64,000 bases of DNA from Flavobacteriaceae bacterium UBA3611. Its GTDB lineage: Bacteria; Bacteroidota; Bacteroidia; Flavobacteriales; Flavobacteriaceae. The first letter of the stretch is position 1. Every line of letters begins with the position of its first letter. Positions 8,504 through 18,095 of the stretch are shown piece after piece. Location: positions 103,503 to 167,502 of the forward strand of contig DFLU01000005.1 of the NCBI GenBank assembly GCA_002375495.1, written 5' to 3'. Below the pieces are notes generated by a model. That model searched no databases, was not told the origin of the DNA, and saw only the letters and a program-made list of their open reading frames with translations. A program made the translations under genes and the position numbers.

Positions 8504-10363
8504 TTATTTTTTAAGGTCGTAGGCATAGATCGTATTATTATCAGCTTTATAGTACAAAATACCTCCGCGATCGTCTACCTGGTATTCTGGTTTTTTATCT
8601 TTAAGTAGAATTTCCTTTTCCATGGCACCCGAGTCTTTATTAATTTTCACTAGCCCTACTCCATCGTCTAATTTGGTTAGTATAAATTGTGCATTTGCAG
8701 TAGCAGCGGTAGCTTTAAATCGTTTCAGCATTTCAGCCACAGAAGCCCCACTGGCAGCTGCCAGACCTCCTGCAAGATCTGCATCACGATCTGCTTGCGC
8801 ATCGTATTTTGCAATGCGGTTTCGTATCGACGAATTGGCTGCAGCTACAGATCCCGCGGCAGATGCCACAGCTGTTACTCCAGCTATAATGGCGCCTAAA
8901 GCACTTTTCCCGGGAGCTCTGTAATACTCGTGCCATGTTTTGCCACCTTCCCAGTCTAACATCATTAAGTTTTGGTCGCTAGTCAAAAGAATTCCACCAT
9001 TTCTAACGTCTACACCTGTTGGCGCTTCTTTTCCTTCAAATTTATTGTTAGACAGTTCAGATACATCGCCACTCGCAGCGTCTACGGCAAATAACTTTTC
9101 GTCTGCGCTAATCAGATATCGGTTATTTTTGTTGTCAAAAGTTGAAGAAACGGCGTCGGCTCTTTTATACTTTAAGGGTTTCTTCCAAATTTGTTCTCCA
9201 GAATCCAAGTTTACTATGTTGGCATCTTCAGAAGTGATGTAGATAAGCCCTTGGTCTGTTTCGGCCATTGTTAAAATGTTCTCCCCTGTTTTTAATGGCT
9301 TTTTAAACAATGTTTTTCCGTCGTAAGAAACTTTATTAATTCCGCCGTCATAAATTCCGAAGAGAATACCATCATCCATAATATAGAAATGCTGCACATA
9401 ACCTTTCGTCTTGGGAGCCTTGTCCCACATATCTTCACCATTGCTAGCGCCTAACATAGCGATTTTAGATTCTGACCGCCCTGCAAACACACTTTTTCCT
9501 TCATTGTAGGTATTGCTCACTACGGCAAGGCCCTGTGGTAAGATTTCGAAATTGGTCACAACTCCTTTTACTTTTGCTTCGTCTTTCCAAAGTTCGGCAC
9601 CGTTGTTCGAACCAATTTTATAAATTTTTGTATTGCTCTTATTATCGTTGGTTATAAACGCATAGATATCAGATTCAGCTTCGTTAGCGACCATCCATTG
9701 TACATTTTTCAACTTATTGTCCCATTGTGTATCACCGCTATGGGTTTTTGAAAGCACACCTTGCGAAGTAGGAACCAACACTCTATCTTTTAACAACAAG
9801 GGTCTACCTGTCACAGCAAAATTTCGCATGGTCACCTTTCCAGGATCTACAAGGTTAAATCTAAAATCTTCAGCCCCTGTATTGAGATCGTACATAGCTA
9901 CTTGCGATGCAAATTTTTCTTTGGAAGTACGTTGTCCTGCTACTATCAATTTATTCTGAGGCATATACACTTCTACGATAGTGGCCATTTTCCAGCCGTT
10001 GTCTTCGGTGCTGAATAGTTTTTTTCCAGAAATATAATCGATTACAGCTTTTTTTGAAGATATGCCAGCGAAACCACCCTGGGCCACTACAACATACGGC
10101 GCAAATGGGATGTAGGACAACTCTTCTGGTTTCACCCTTCCGTAATCTGTAAAGTTGAACAAAAGCTCATTACTTCCCGGCTTTATACCCACGAGTCCGT
10201 CATTGGTAGCTACCACCATGGTTCCACCTTGGGTAAGGGTCATTTCATTAATTTTCGCTCCCGTGTCGTATCTAAAATCGGGTGTTTCGGCCCTTTGGGC
10301 CACAGCGGTCGCAGTTAACACAAAAGCACACAGCGCTGTTTTTATTAAAGTTGAAGTTTTCAT
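8504..10363 (-). CDS. Secreted PQQ-like beta-propeller repeat protein
   Basis: Signal peptide (MKTSTLIK...AVA-Q); repeated blade motifs (DLNTG..F, NNGAELW, SNGEDMW, LDSGEQIW). Confidence 0.8.
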   Translation of the reverse strand: MKTSTLIKTALCAFVLTATAVAQRAETPDFRYDTGAKINEMTLTQGGTMVVATNDGLVGIKPGSNELLFNFTDYGRVKPEELSYIPFAPYVVVAQGGFAGISSKKAVIDYISGKKLFSTEDNGWKMATIVEVYMPQNKLIVAGQRTSKEKFASQVAMYDLNTGAEDFRFNLVDPGKVTMRNFAVTGRPLLLKDRVLVPTSQGVLSKTHSGDTQWDNKLKNVQWMVANEAESDIYAFITNDNKSNTKIYKIGSNNGAELWKDEAKVKGVVTNFEILPQGLAVVSNTYNEGKSVFAGRSESKIAMLGASNGEDMWDKAPKTKGYVQHFYIMDDGILFGIYDGGINKVSYDGKTLFKKPLKTGENILTMAETDQGLIYITSEDANIVNLDSGEQIWKKPLKYKRADAVSSTFDNKNNRYLISADEKLFAVDAASGDVSELSNNKFEGKEAPTGVDVRNGGILLTSDQNLMMLDWEGGKTWHEYYRAPGKSALGAIIAGVTAVASAAGSVAAANSSIRNRIAKYDAQADRDADLAGGLAAASGASVAEMLKRFKATAATANAQFILTKLDDGVGLVKINKDSGAMEKEILLKDKKPEYQVDDRGGILYYKADNNTIYAYDLKK

Positions 10364-10408
10364 AATCGTGGTTTTAGTAATTTGATATTTCAAAGGTGCA
10401 ACTTGAAA

Positions 10409-10437
10409 TAGGGCAATTCAATAGGGCAATTGACGTA
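10409..10437 (-). promoter_or_regulatory. Putative response-regulator box D plus extra half site
   Basis: TAGGGCAATTGACGTA (10422-10437), 23 nt from minus-strand CACCTTTG (10391-10398); second TAGGGCAAT half site at 10409-10417. Confidence 0.7.
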
Positions 10438-10454
10438 TTTGTGGGAAATTGTTG

Positions 10455-10606
10455 GTTAGATGCTGGGCGTTAGATGCTGGAAGTTGGAAGTTGAGTGTTG
10501 GAAGCTGGAAGTTGGAAGTTGGAAGTTGGAAGTTGGTCTTAGGTCTTTGGTCTTTAGTCTTTAGTCTTTAGTCTTTAGTCTTTAGTCTTTAGTCTTTAGT
10601 CTTTAG
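10455..10606. repeat. Heptamer tandem arrays (GGAAGTT)n and (TCTTTAG)8
   Basis: About 8 GGAAGTT-type units at 10479-10534, two degenerate units, then 8 perfect TCTTTAG units at 10551-10606. Confidence 0.95.
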
Positions 10607-10640
10607 AATATGATAAATTACTGCTTACTGCATATCGAAC

Positions 10641-10676
10641 AAAAAACCGGAAGAAGAACTATTGTTCCGCTCCCGG
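10641..10676 (-). terminator. Probable intrinsic terminator of the lipoprotein gene
   Basis: Imperfect stem CCGG..GAAC-TATT-GTTC..CCGG with A6 on its left (U6 on the minus strand). Confidence 0.5.
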
Positions 10677-10722
10677 CTCCACGTAAAAACCTCAACACTT
10701 GAGATTTTCTTAGATGTGATAA

Positions 10723-11238
10723 TTAGTTGTTGGTTACCTCCAGATTAAATTCACCTGCTGTGACTGCCACAGTATCTGACATATCATTTGCATTGTACCC
10801 AGTAAAATTGAACGTACCTACAATGGTGTTTCCGTCAAAACTTGAAACCCGCAATTCGCCTTCAGATTGCGTCCCGTTAACTGTTGTGTAAATTACAACT
10901 GTTGATGGATCTGGGTTTGAAGGATCTGGAAGGTAGCTATACGTTCCAATATTCAGAAAATTTAATTCATAAGTACCCGCGCCATCAAAATTCTGAATAA
11001 TCATCTGTAAATTCTCAGATTGAGAAGTACCACCAGAGATTGCCAAAACATCACCTTGTGCACTCATAGTTATTTGGGCCTGTACAGCTATATCTGCTGT
11101 TAGACCAGCACCATCTATACTTGCTGTAAGTGTCCCAGTACCAGCTGCAGGATCTTCCCCGCCATCATCATCTTTTTTACAAGCAGTAACAGCTAAACCC
11201 ACCAAAAGGATAAGGCAAAATTGTTTAATACGTTTCAT
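10723..11238 (-). CDS. Lipoprotein (DUF6252-like)
   Basis: Start MKRIKQF; lipobox VTAC followed by acidic KKDDDGG; beta-rich body ending GTFNFTG...GEFN. Confidence 0.8.
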   Translation of the reverse strand: MKRIKQFCLILLVGLAVTACKKDDDGGEDPAAGTGTLTASIDGAGLTADIAVQAQITMSAQGDVLAISGGTSQSENLQMIIQNFDGAGTYELNFLNIGTYSYLPDPSNPDPSTVVIYTTVNGTQSEGELRVSSFDGNTIVGTFNFTGYNANDMSDTVAVTAGEFNLEVTNN

Positions 11239-11296
11239 AATTAAGGTTTTTTTTAGTTTATGGTACAAAGATGCACGCAATGGTATGGGTAATCAA

Positions 11297-11312
11297 TAGG
11301 GCAATTGACGTA
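11297..11312 (-). promoter_or_regulatory. Putative response-regulator box E
   Basis: TAGGGCAATTGACGTA, identical to box D, 23 nt from minus-strand CATCTTTG (11266-11273). Confidence 0.7.
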
Positions 11313-11480
11313 TTTGGAGTAGTTAGATGTGTGAAGCTGGAAGTTGGAGGTTGGGAGTTGATGGTGGTCAGTTGTCGGTTCTGAGTTATCTGTGTCCATA
11401 CTCCATCGGACTATTGCGTCTAGGTTGGATACTCTTTAGTCCATATTCCATTCTCTATATTCTTACGTTAGAAGTTTGAA

Positions 11481-11658
11481 GCTGCTCTCCGACAGATGCT
11501 GCTCTCCGACAGATGCTGCACTTCGACAGCACTTCGACAAGCTCAGTGTAACAGCTCAGTGTGACAGCTCAGTGTAACAGCTCAGTGTGACAGGTGTTGG
11601 GTGTTGGGTATTGCACTTCGACTGCGCTCAGTGTGACAGATGTTGGGTGTTGGGTGCT
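11481..11658. repeat. Compound REP-like repeat cluster
   Basis: 17-mer x2, GCACTTCGACA x2, GCTCAGTGTRACA x4, GGTGTTG-type heptamers and a monomer GCACTTCGACTGCGCTCAGTGTGACA (11613-11638). Confidence 0.9.
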
Positions 11659-11672
11659 AAAAGGAATGACTT

Positions 11673-12638
11673 TTAAAAAGAAATAGCATAGGGTAATTGT
11701 TGCTTTATCTTCTCTATTTTCTGCTGAAGGTCTTGCTGAAATTTTAGATGGGACACACTATCTGGCTGAAATGGCCGATGCTGCAATCCTTTTTGAATGA
11801 CATCAATATCTTTTTGAAGTGTTTCTGTTTCCGAAGACACCCAAACATGCTTGAATTTCTCCCAAATATATTGAACGGCCGTAGTACTGGGATGTACCAT
11901 ATCATCATTGTAAAACCGATAATCCCGTAGTTCGTCCATCATCAATTCGAAGGAAGGGAAATAGAAAAGACCTCTCGACTGCGCTCGAGGAGACACAATC
12001 AATCTCTCATGAATGGCGGCAATTAAATGTGCTTTACTCTGTGTGTTTTCAACAAAACAGTCCTTTGTATGCCGCACGGGAGACACCGTAAAGATTAACT
12101 GTACCTTCTGATTTATCTTGTTAATGAGCGCCACAGTTCGTTCTACGCTTGCTGAAATATCTGCGACTGAAAGGATTTCCTTTGAAAATGATTTCTGCGG
12201 AATTTTGTGGCAGTTTGCTACAATTGAATCTGAAGCAATATGCCTGTAGACCCAAGCCGTTCCGAAGGTTAAAATAATGTGCGACGCCTCTGAAAGAGAG
12301 GTTGAAAATTTATTCAATCGATTGTTCAATAAATGCAACAACGCTTCTTTCGAAGTAGCTGTAACCGAAGAGTGTGCCTCAAAACTGAACCATTGTCCGT
12401 CACGTTCAAATATGTCCTTTTCAGTAAAATCGGTGCGATTGACAGCCCGGGAGATCAAATTTTCTATCGCCAACGGGTGAAACACAATCCCAAACGGATT
12501 CTGGAGATTCTGAAACTTAAAATAGTCTAATTTCCCTCCTATATTCTCTGTAAAACAGGAACCCAACAGCAAAATTTTAGAGGAATATTCTATCTGGTCT
12601 TCCTGTGGTGAGAGTGGTAAGGTGGTTTGTAGCTTCAT
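11673..12638 (-). CDS. GSCFA domain protein (SGNH-like)
   Basis: LLGSCF, NPFGIVFHP, TVSPVRH, FPSFE and RDYRFY..DMVHP motifs. Confidence 0.9.
   Translation of the reverse strand: MKLQTTLPLSPQEDQIEYSSKILLLGSCFTENIGGKLDYFKFQNLQNPFGIVFHPLAIENLISRAVNRTDFTEKDIFERDGQWFSFEAHSSVTATSKEALLHLLNNRLNKFSTSLSEASHIILTFGTAWVYRHIASDSIVANCHKIPQKSFSKEILSVADISASVERTVALINKINQKVQLIFTVSPVRHTKDCFVENTQSKAHLIAAIHERLIVSPRAQSRGLFYFPSFELMMDELRDYRFYNDDMVHPSTTAVQYIWEKFKHVWVSSETETLQKDIDVIQKGLQHRPFQPDSVSHLKFQQDLQQKIEKIKQQLPYAISF
11968..11995. repeat. REP-like element in frame within the GSCFA gene
   Basis: AGACCTCTCGACTGCGCTCGAGGAGACA shares TCGACTGCGCTC with the intergenic monomer and encodes VSPRAQSRGL. Confidence 0.75.
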
Positions 12639-12706
12639 GTTTTAGTATTCAATAGCAGTCGAAGTAAGCAGTAAAGTATGTTTATTGGACCTTGTTAAAG
12701 GAACAA

Positions 12707-15334
12707 CTACTTTATAAAATCTTTCGCAACTTCCAAAGCCTTTTCAACCCCGTCCGGATTTTTACCTCCGGCAGTCGCAAAAAATGGTTGTCCGCCGCCA
12801 CCGCCTTGTATGTGCTTTCCTAACTCACGTACAATCTGGCCAGCATTCAGATTTTTTTCAGCGACCAGTTCTTTTGAAATATAACAGCTCAACAACGCCT
12901 TACCATTGCTTTTAGAGCCAAACAGCAAGAACAGATTGTCTACTTCACCGCCAATTTCAAATGCCAAATCTTTCATTCCGCCAGCATCCAAATCAATTTC
13001 TTTTGCCAAGAAGTTCACTCCGTTAACCAACTCCATTTCAGCTTTTAGGTCGCCTTTCATATTTTTGGCTTTATCCTTCAACAGGGTTTCTACCTGTTTC
13101 TGAAAAGCTGTATTTTCATCTTGTAACTTTTCGATAGCAGCCACCGGATCTTTGGTATTATTCAGCAATTTTTGAACCGCTTTAAACACCTTGCTCCGTT
13201 CTTCAAAATAAGCCTTTGCCTTGTCGCCTGTAATCGCTTCAATACGTCGAATACCGCTTGCTACAGCTCCTTCAGAAGTAATAATAAAATGCCACACATC
13301 GCTTGTATTGGGTACGTGCGTGCCTCCGCAAAGTTCCATGGATTTGCCAAATTTAATGGCCCGAACGGCGTCTCCATACTTTTCACCGAAAAGCGCTATG
13401 GCACCTTCGTCTATGGCTTGTTGGTAAGGAATGTTACGACGTTCTTCCAGTGCAATCCCTTCTCTGATTCGCGCATTTACAAAGTCTTCTACCTCGCGTA
13501 GTTGCTCATCGGTTACCTTGCTGAAATGTGAAAAATCAAACCGTAAATTTCCACTATGCACCATGCTTCCCTTTTGTTCTACATGCTCTCCCAAAATATT
13601 TCTAAGAGCTTGATGTAGTAAATGGGTAGCTGTGTGGTTCGCTGCTGTTCGGTTTCGCTGTTTTACATCTACAACGGCCTTAAAGGTTTCTTCTGGATTT
13701 CGTGGTAAATTCTTGGCAAAATGAACGATCAGGTTGTTTTCTTTTTTGGTATCTACAATATAGACCACTTCGCCATTGGCCGCTTCTAGATAGCCCTTAT
13801 CGCCTACTTGTCCGCCGCCTTCAGGATAGAAAGGCGTAAGGTTAAAAACCAATTGGTACAATTCTCCTTCTTTTTTGCTTTCAGTTTTACGGTAGCGCGT
13901 AATCTTCACTTGGCTTTCTAAGGTGTCATACCCAACAAATTCTTCTTCGGCATCATCTTTTAAGATAACCCAATCTCCCGTGGCTACCTTTGTGGCAGCA
14001 CGAGATCGCTCCTTTTGTTTTTTGAGTTCTGTATTAAATTCTTCTTCATTTAGCTGAAATCCCCTTTCACGCAAAATAAGACTGGTTAAATCGATGGGGA
14101 AACCAAAGGTGTCGTACAATTCGAATGCTTTAGCACCAGAAATCTCTTTTCCGTCTGCCTGCTGAATGATATTTTCTAAAAGCACCAATCCTTGATCTAA
14201 GGTTCTGAGAAACGATGCTTCTTCTTCTTTGATGACGTTAGTGATTAAATTTTTCTCTTTTTTGAGTTCAGGAAACGCATCTCCCATTTGTTTGGTCAGG
14301 GTTTCAACCAACTTAAATATAAACGGTTCTTTGATGTCCAGAAATGTAAATCCGTACCGAATAGCACGACGTAAAATACGGCGTATCACATATCCTGCGC
14401 CCGTATTGCTTGGCAGTTGTCCATCTGCAATGCTGAACGCCACCGCTCTCACATGATCTGAAATTACACGAATGGCAATGTCTACTTTTTCTCCCGATTC
14501 ACTGTCCGTTTTGCCGTATTTGCTATTTGTGATTGCTTCCACTTCTCGAATGAGTGGTGTAAACACATCAGTGTCGTAATTGCTTTGCTTGTTCTGCAAT
14601 ACCATGGCAAGACGTTCAAAGCCCATCCCGGTGTCGACATGTTGTGAAGGTAATTTTTCGAGGCTACCGTTGGCCTTTCGGTTATACTGCATAAAAACCA
14701 AGTTCCAAATCTCAACCACTTGCGGATGGTCTTGATTTACCAAACTGGCGCCAGGCACTTTCGCTTTCTCTTCGGCAGAACGAATATCTACGTGAATTTC
14801 AGAACAAGGCCCACAAGGTCCTTGCTCACCCATTTCCCAAAAATTGTCCTTTTTGTTTCCGTTTAAGATGCGGTCTTCGGCAACAAATTGCTTCCAAAAA
14901 TCGTACGCCTCTGTATCACGAGCTAAATTTTCCGAAGCATCACCTTCAAAAATAGTTACATATAAAATGTCTTTGTCAATTCCGTAGACTTTGGTTAGCA
15001 GTTCCCATGCCCATGAAATGGCTTCCTCTTTAAAATAGTCACCAAAACTCCAATTACCGAGCATTTCAAACATAGTATGATGGTACGTATCCATTCCTAC
15101 CTCTTCCAAGTCGTTGTGTTTTCCGCTTACGCGCAAACATTTTTGGGTATCGGCAATACGAGAATGCTTAATCTCTTTGTTACCCAGAAAATATTCTTTG
15201 AACGGAACCATCCCTGCGTTGGTGAACATGAGGGTGGGATCATCTTTTAGCACCATGGGTGCAGAAGCAACGATTTGGTGTTGTTTCGATTTAAAAAATT
15301 GTAAGAATTGTGAGCGTATTTCGCTAGATTTCAT
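12707..15334 (-). CDS. alaS: Alanine--tRNA ligase
   Basis: [41 protein letters not shown] and [14 protein letters not shown] motifs. Confidence 0.99.
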   Translation of the reverse strand: MKSSEIRSQFLQFFKSKQHQIVASAPMVLKDDPTLMFTNAGMVPFKEYFLGNKEIKHSRIADTQKCLRVSGKHNDLEEVGMDTYHHTMFEMLGNWSFGDYFKEEAISWAWELLTKVYGIDKDILYVTIFEGDASENLARDTEAYDFWKQFVAEDRILNGNKKDNFWEMGEQGPCGPCSEIHVDIRSAEEKAKVPGASLVNQDHPQVVEIWNLVFMQYNRKANGSLEKLPSQHVDTGMGFERLAMVLQNKQSNYDTDVFTPLIREVEAITNSKYGKTDSESGEKVDIAIRVISDHVRAVAFSIADGQLPSNTGAGYVIRRILRRAIRYGFTFLDIKEPFIFKLVETLTKQMGDAFPELKKEKNLITNVIKEEEASFLRTLDQGLVLLENIIQQADGKEISGAKAFELYDTFGFPIDLTSLILRERGFQLNEEEFNTELKKQKERSRAATKVATGDWVILKDDAEEEFVGYDTLESQVKITRYRKTESKKEGELYQLVFNLTPFYPEGGGQVGDKGYLEAANGEVVYIVDTKKENNLIVHFAKNLPRNPEETFKAVVDVKQRNRTAANHTATHLLHQALRNILGEHVEQKGSMVHSGNLRFDFSHFSKVTDEQLREVEDFVNARIREGIALEERRNIPYQQAIDEGAIALFGEKYGDAVRAIKFGKSMELCGGTHVPNTSDVWHFIITSEGAVASGIRRIEAITGDKAKAYFEERSKVFKAVQKLLNNTKDPVAAIEKLQDENTAFQKQVETLLKDKAKNMKGDLKAEMELVNGVNFLAKEIDLDAGGMKDLAFEIGGEVDNLFLLFGSKSNGKALLSCYISKELVAEKNLNAGQIVRELGKHIQGGGGGQPFFATAGGKNPDGVEKALEVAKDFIK

Positions 15335-15455
15335 TGCTGCTATATTTCAGTAAAAACTGTAGGTTATTGGTAAGTGAAAACAATTTTTATCTTTGTAGGA
15401 CGTTAGCAAAAAGCTAACACTCACCATCACCGCAAAAATAGGATTTTTTTAGCGT

Positions 15456-16433
15456 ATGTCTAAGGTTAAATATTACTACGATAGCGAGACCCTCTCGTAT
15501 CGAAAAATTGAGAAGAAAAAAGGCCGTAAACTCGGTATTTTTCTGCTGAGTTTGTTGGGGATGTTGCTCAGTGGTTTTTTACTACTAGTTGTCTACTTAA
15601 ACCTTCCTGGTATTGAAACCCCTCGTGAAAAAACGATGAAACGGGAATTGGCCAACATGCAGTTGCAGTACGATTTACTGAACCGCAAAATGGACCAAGC
15701 CGAAAACGTTTTGAACGAACTAGCCGACAGAGACAATAATTTGTATCGGGTCTATTTTGAAGCGAACCCGATTCCGAATGAGCAACGAAAAGCAGGTTTT
15801 GGTGGGGTGAACCGCTATAAAGATTTAGAAGGTTTCGACAATTCAAAATTGGTGATTACAGCCAACAAACGGCTTGATATACTTACCAAACAAATCGTGG
15901 TTCAATCACGATCTCTAGACGAAATAGCACAATTAGCCGAAGAAAAAGAAAAATTACTGGCCGCAATTCCAGCCATTCAGCCTGTGAATAACGAAGACCT
16001 TACGAGAATGGCCTCGGGCTACGGTTATAGAACCGATCCATTTACTAAAGCACGTAAAATGCATTGGGGTATGGACTTTACCGCTCCTCGTGGAACCCCT
16101 GTCTACGCAAGTGGAGACGGTGTCGTGACCCGCGCAGACAATACGGCTTCTGGTTACGGGAACCACATTCGTATAGATCATGGCTACGGATATGAAAGCC
16201 TGTATGCCCATTTGTACAAATACAATGTGCGAAATGGCCAAAAAATTAAGCGAGGCGACCTGATTGGCTTTGTTGGCAGTACGGGCCGTAGCGAAGCACC
16301 ACACTTGCACTACGAAGTGTTTAAAGATGGTGAGCGCATTAACCCAATTAATTTTTACTACGGAAACTTGAGCCCCGAAGAATTTGCAGACCTGTTGAAG
16401 AAATCGCAGCAAGAAAACCAATCGTTAGATTAG
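15456..16433 (+). CDS. M23 family metallopeptidase
   Basis: N-terminal TM, coiled coil, HWGMDF (HxxxD) and PHLHYEV (HxH) zinc motifs. Confidence 0.95.
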   Translation: MSKVKYYYDSETLSYRKIEKKKGRKLGIFLLSLLGMLLSGFLLLVVYLNLPGIETPREKTMKRELANMQLQYDLLNRKMDQAENVLNELADRDNNLYRVYFEANPIPNEQRKAGFGGVNRYKDLEGFDNSKLVITANKRLDILTKQIVVQSRSLDEIAQLAEEKEKLLAAIPAIQPVNNEDLTRMASGYGYRTDPFTKARKMHWGMDFTAPRGTPVYASGDGVVTRADNTASGYGNHIRIDHGYGYESLYAHLYKYNVRNGQKIKRGDLIGFVGSTGRSEAPHLHYEVFKDGERINPINFYYGNLSPEEFADLLKKSQQENQSLD

Positions 16434-16442
16434 GCCAATTGC

Positions 16443-16595
16443 GGCGGCTTCGAGTGCCCGTCTAGCCGACGACGCTGACTTCAGCCGCCAAAAGTTGACA
16501 CTATTTCGTAATTAAGCCGTGGCTGAAGGTCATGTTGAGCTACTGCCTTGCCAGAAGCGATTCAAGACGTGAGTCGATGTGCTCTCGAAGCCACC
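16443..16595. repeat. Nested inverted repeats in the M23-MerR spacer
   Basis: GGCGGCTTCGAG (16443-16454) pairs with CTCGAAGCCACC (16584-16595); inner CTTCAGCC (16479-16486) pairs with GGCTGAAG (16521-16528). Confidence 0.65.
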
Positions 16596-16660
16596 ATAAT
16601 TTTTATTTTCATAAACTTTTTAGATATTTCTCACTAACTTCGTGAAGCAATAGCACATAT

Positions 16661-16990
16661 ATGCACGTAGATCTTCCAGAAAAATTATATTACAGTATCG
16701 GTGAAGTCGCCAAGGCGTTCGATGTAAACACATCGCTCATACGCTTTTGGGAAAAAGAATTTGATGTGCTACAACCCAAAAAGAACGCCAAGGGAAACCG
16801 TAAGTTCACTCCCAATGACATTAAAAACCTAGAGCTTATTTATCATTTGGTGAAGGATCGCGGATTTACACTCGAAGGCGCTAAAACGCACCTTAAGGAA
16901 CACAAACACAAGACACTTAGCAATTTTGAAATCATACGGAAATTGGAAACCGTGAAAGCCGAATTGCTAAAAATAAAAGACCAACTTTAA
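16661..16990 (+). CDS. MerR-family transcriptional regulator
   Basis: YSIGEVA...SLIRFWEKEF...GNRKFT MerR HTH. Confidence 0.92.
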   Translation: MHVDLPEKLYYSIGEVAKAFDVNTSLIRFWEKEFDVLQPKKNAKGNRKFTPNDIKNLELIYHLVKDRGFTLEGAKTHLKEHKHKTLSNFEIIRKLETVKAELLKIKDQL

Positions 16991-17002
16991 ACACAAACGA
17001 CC

Positions 17003-17614
17003 ATGAAAAAAATGATTATCGTGCTTTTAGCGATACTTGCCCTAATTGCGATTTATTTAGTAATAAAGGGACCTAGTTTTTACAATACTGGTATCGATTT
17101 GAAAGAAAACACTGCCGAACAATGGGGGAATGTAGAAAGTGCCTACCAACGTCGTGCCGATTTAATTCCGAACATCGTAAACACGGCCAAAGGGTATGCG
17201 GAGTTTGAACAAGAAACTTTAACCAAGGTCATTGAAGCACGTAGCAAGGCAACAGCCGTACAAATTGATCCTAGCAATATCACACCAGCTCAATTAGAGC
17301 AATTTCAACAAGTACAAAGTGGGCTTAGTTCTGCATTGGCTCGATTACTCGCTGTATTTGAACGATACCCAGATTTAAAAGCGAATGAGAACTTTAAGGA
17401 GCTTATCAACGAACTTGAAAGAACGGAAAACCGTATCAACGTCGAGCGAAATCGTTTTAACGAAACAGTAAATCCATACAACAAGCATTTGAAGAAATTT
17501 CCGAATAATATATTAAATAACTTTATCGGTAATTTTGAAACGATGGACTACTTTGAAGCTGCCGAAGGAAGTGAAAATGCACCGGAAGTTGAATTTGACT
17601 TCGGAACTAATTAA
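17003..17614 (+). CDS. lemA: LemA family protein
   Basis: N-terminal TM; YQRRADLIPN, YPDLKA and ENRI..RNRFN motifs. Confidence 0.93.
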   Translation: MKKMIIVLLAILALIAIYLVIKGPSFYNTGIDLKENTAEQWGNVESAYQRRADLIPNIVNTAKGYAEFEQETLTKVIEARSKATAVQIDPSNITPAQLEQFQQVQSGLSSALARLLAVFERYPDLKANENFKELINELERTENRINVERNRFNETVNPYNKHLKKFPNNILNNFIGNFETMDYFEAAEGSENAPEVEFDFGTN

Positions 17615-17622
17615 TACGTCTT

Positions 17623-18060
17623 ATGTCTAAAGTAGAAGATTTTTTGACTGCCGACGAAGAAATGGCTATTGTAGAAGCCATTCGAACTGCCGAAAAGAAC
17701 ACCTCTGGAGAGATTCGGGTACACTTAGAAGCCCATAGCAAGACAGATGCGTTTGACCGTGCTGCTGATGTATTCGATTTTTTACACATGAACAACACCA
17801 AGCTGAACAATGGCGTACTCATTTACATTGCTGTAGAAGACCGCACTTTAGTCATCATGGGTGATAAAGGAATTAACGATGTGGTACCCCCGCACTTTTG
17901 GGAAAGCACCAAAGATGCGATTATCGAAAAATTCAAAAAAGGTGATATGAAACAAGGGCTCGTAGATGGTATTCTGAAAGCCGGTGAGCAATTGAAAAAA
18001 CATTTTCCGCGAAAAAACAATGACACCAATGAATTACCAGATGATATTTCGGTTGGGTAG
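17623..18060 (+). CDS. TPM domain protein
   Basis: AEKNTSGEIRV, NGVLIY, GDKGIN and NELPD motifs; follows lemA. Confidence 0.9.
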   Translation: MSKVEDFLTADEEMAIVEAIRTAEKNTSGEIRVHLEAHSKTDAFDRAADVFDFLHMNNTKLNNGVLIYIAVEDRTLVIMGDKGINDVVPPHFWESTKDAIIEKFKKGDMKQGLVDGILKAGEQLKKHFPRKNNDTNELPDDISVG

Positions 18061-18095
18061 TTGTTAGTTGTTAGTTGTTAGTTGTTAGTTGTTAG
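18058..18095. repeat. (TAGTTGT)5 heptamer array
   Basis: Five perfect copies plus TAG, starting at the TAG stop of the upstream TPM gene. Confidence 0.95.

Noticed and set aside
8504-10363. Calling the beta-propeller protein BamB or a PQQ dehydrogenase
   Set aside because: No lipobox, larger than BamB, and no catalytic or cytochrome c motifs recognised; only the repeat fold is supported.
11518-11592. Possible CRISPR array (13-bp and 11-bp repeats; also 19039-19111)
   Set aside because: Units are contiguous with no unique spacers, are far shorter than CRISPR repeats, and no cas genes are present.
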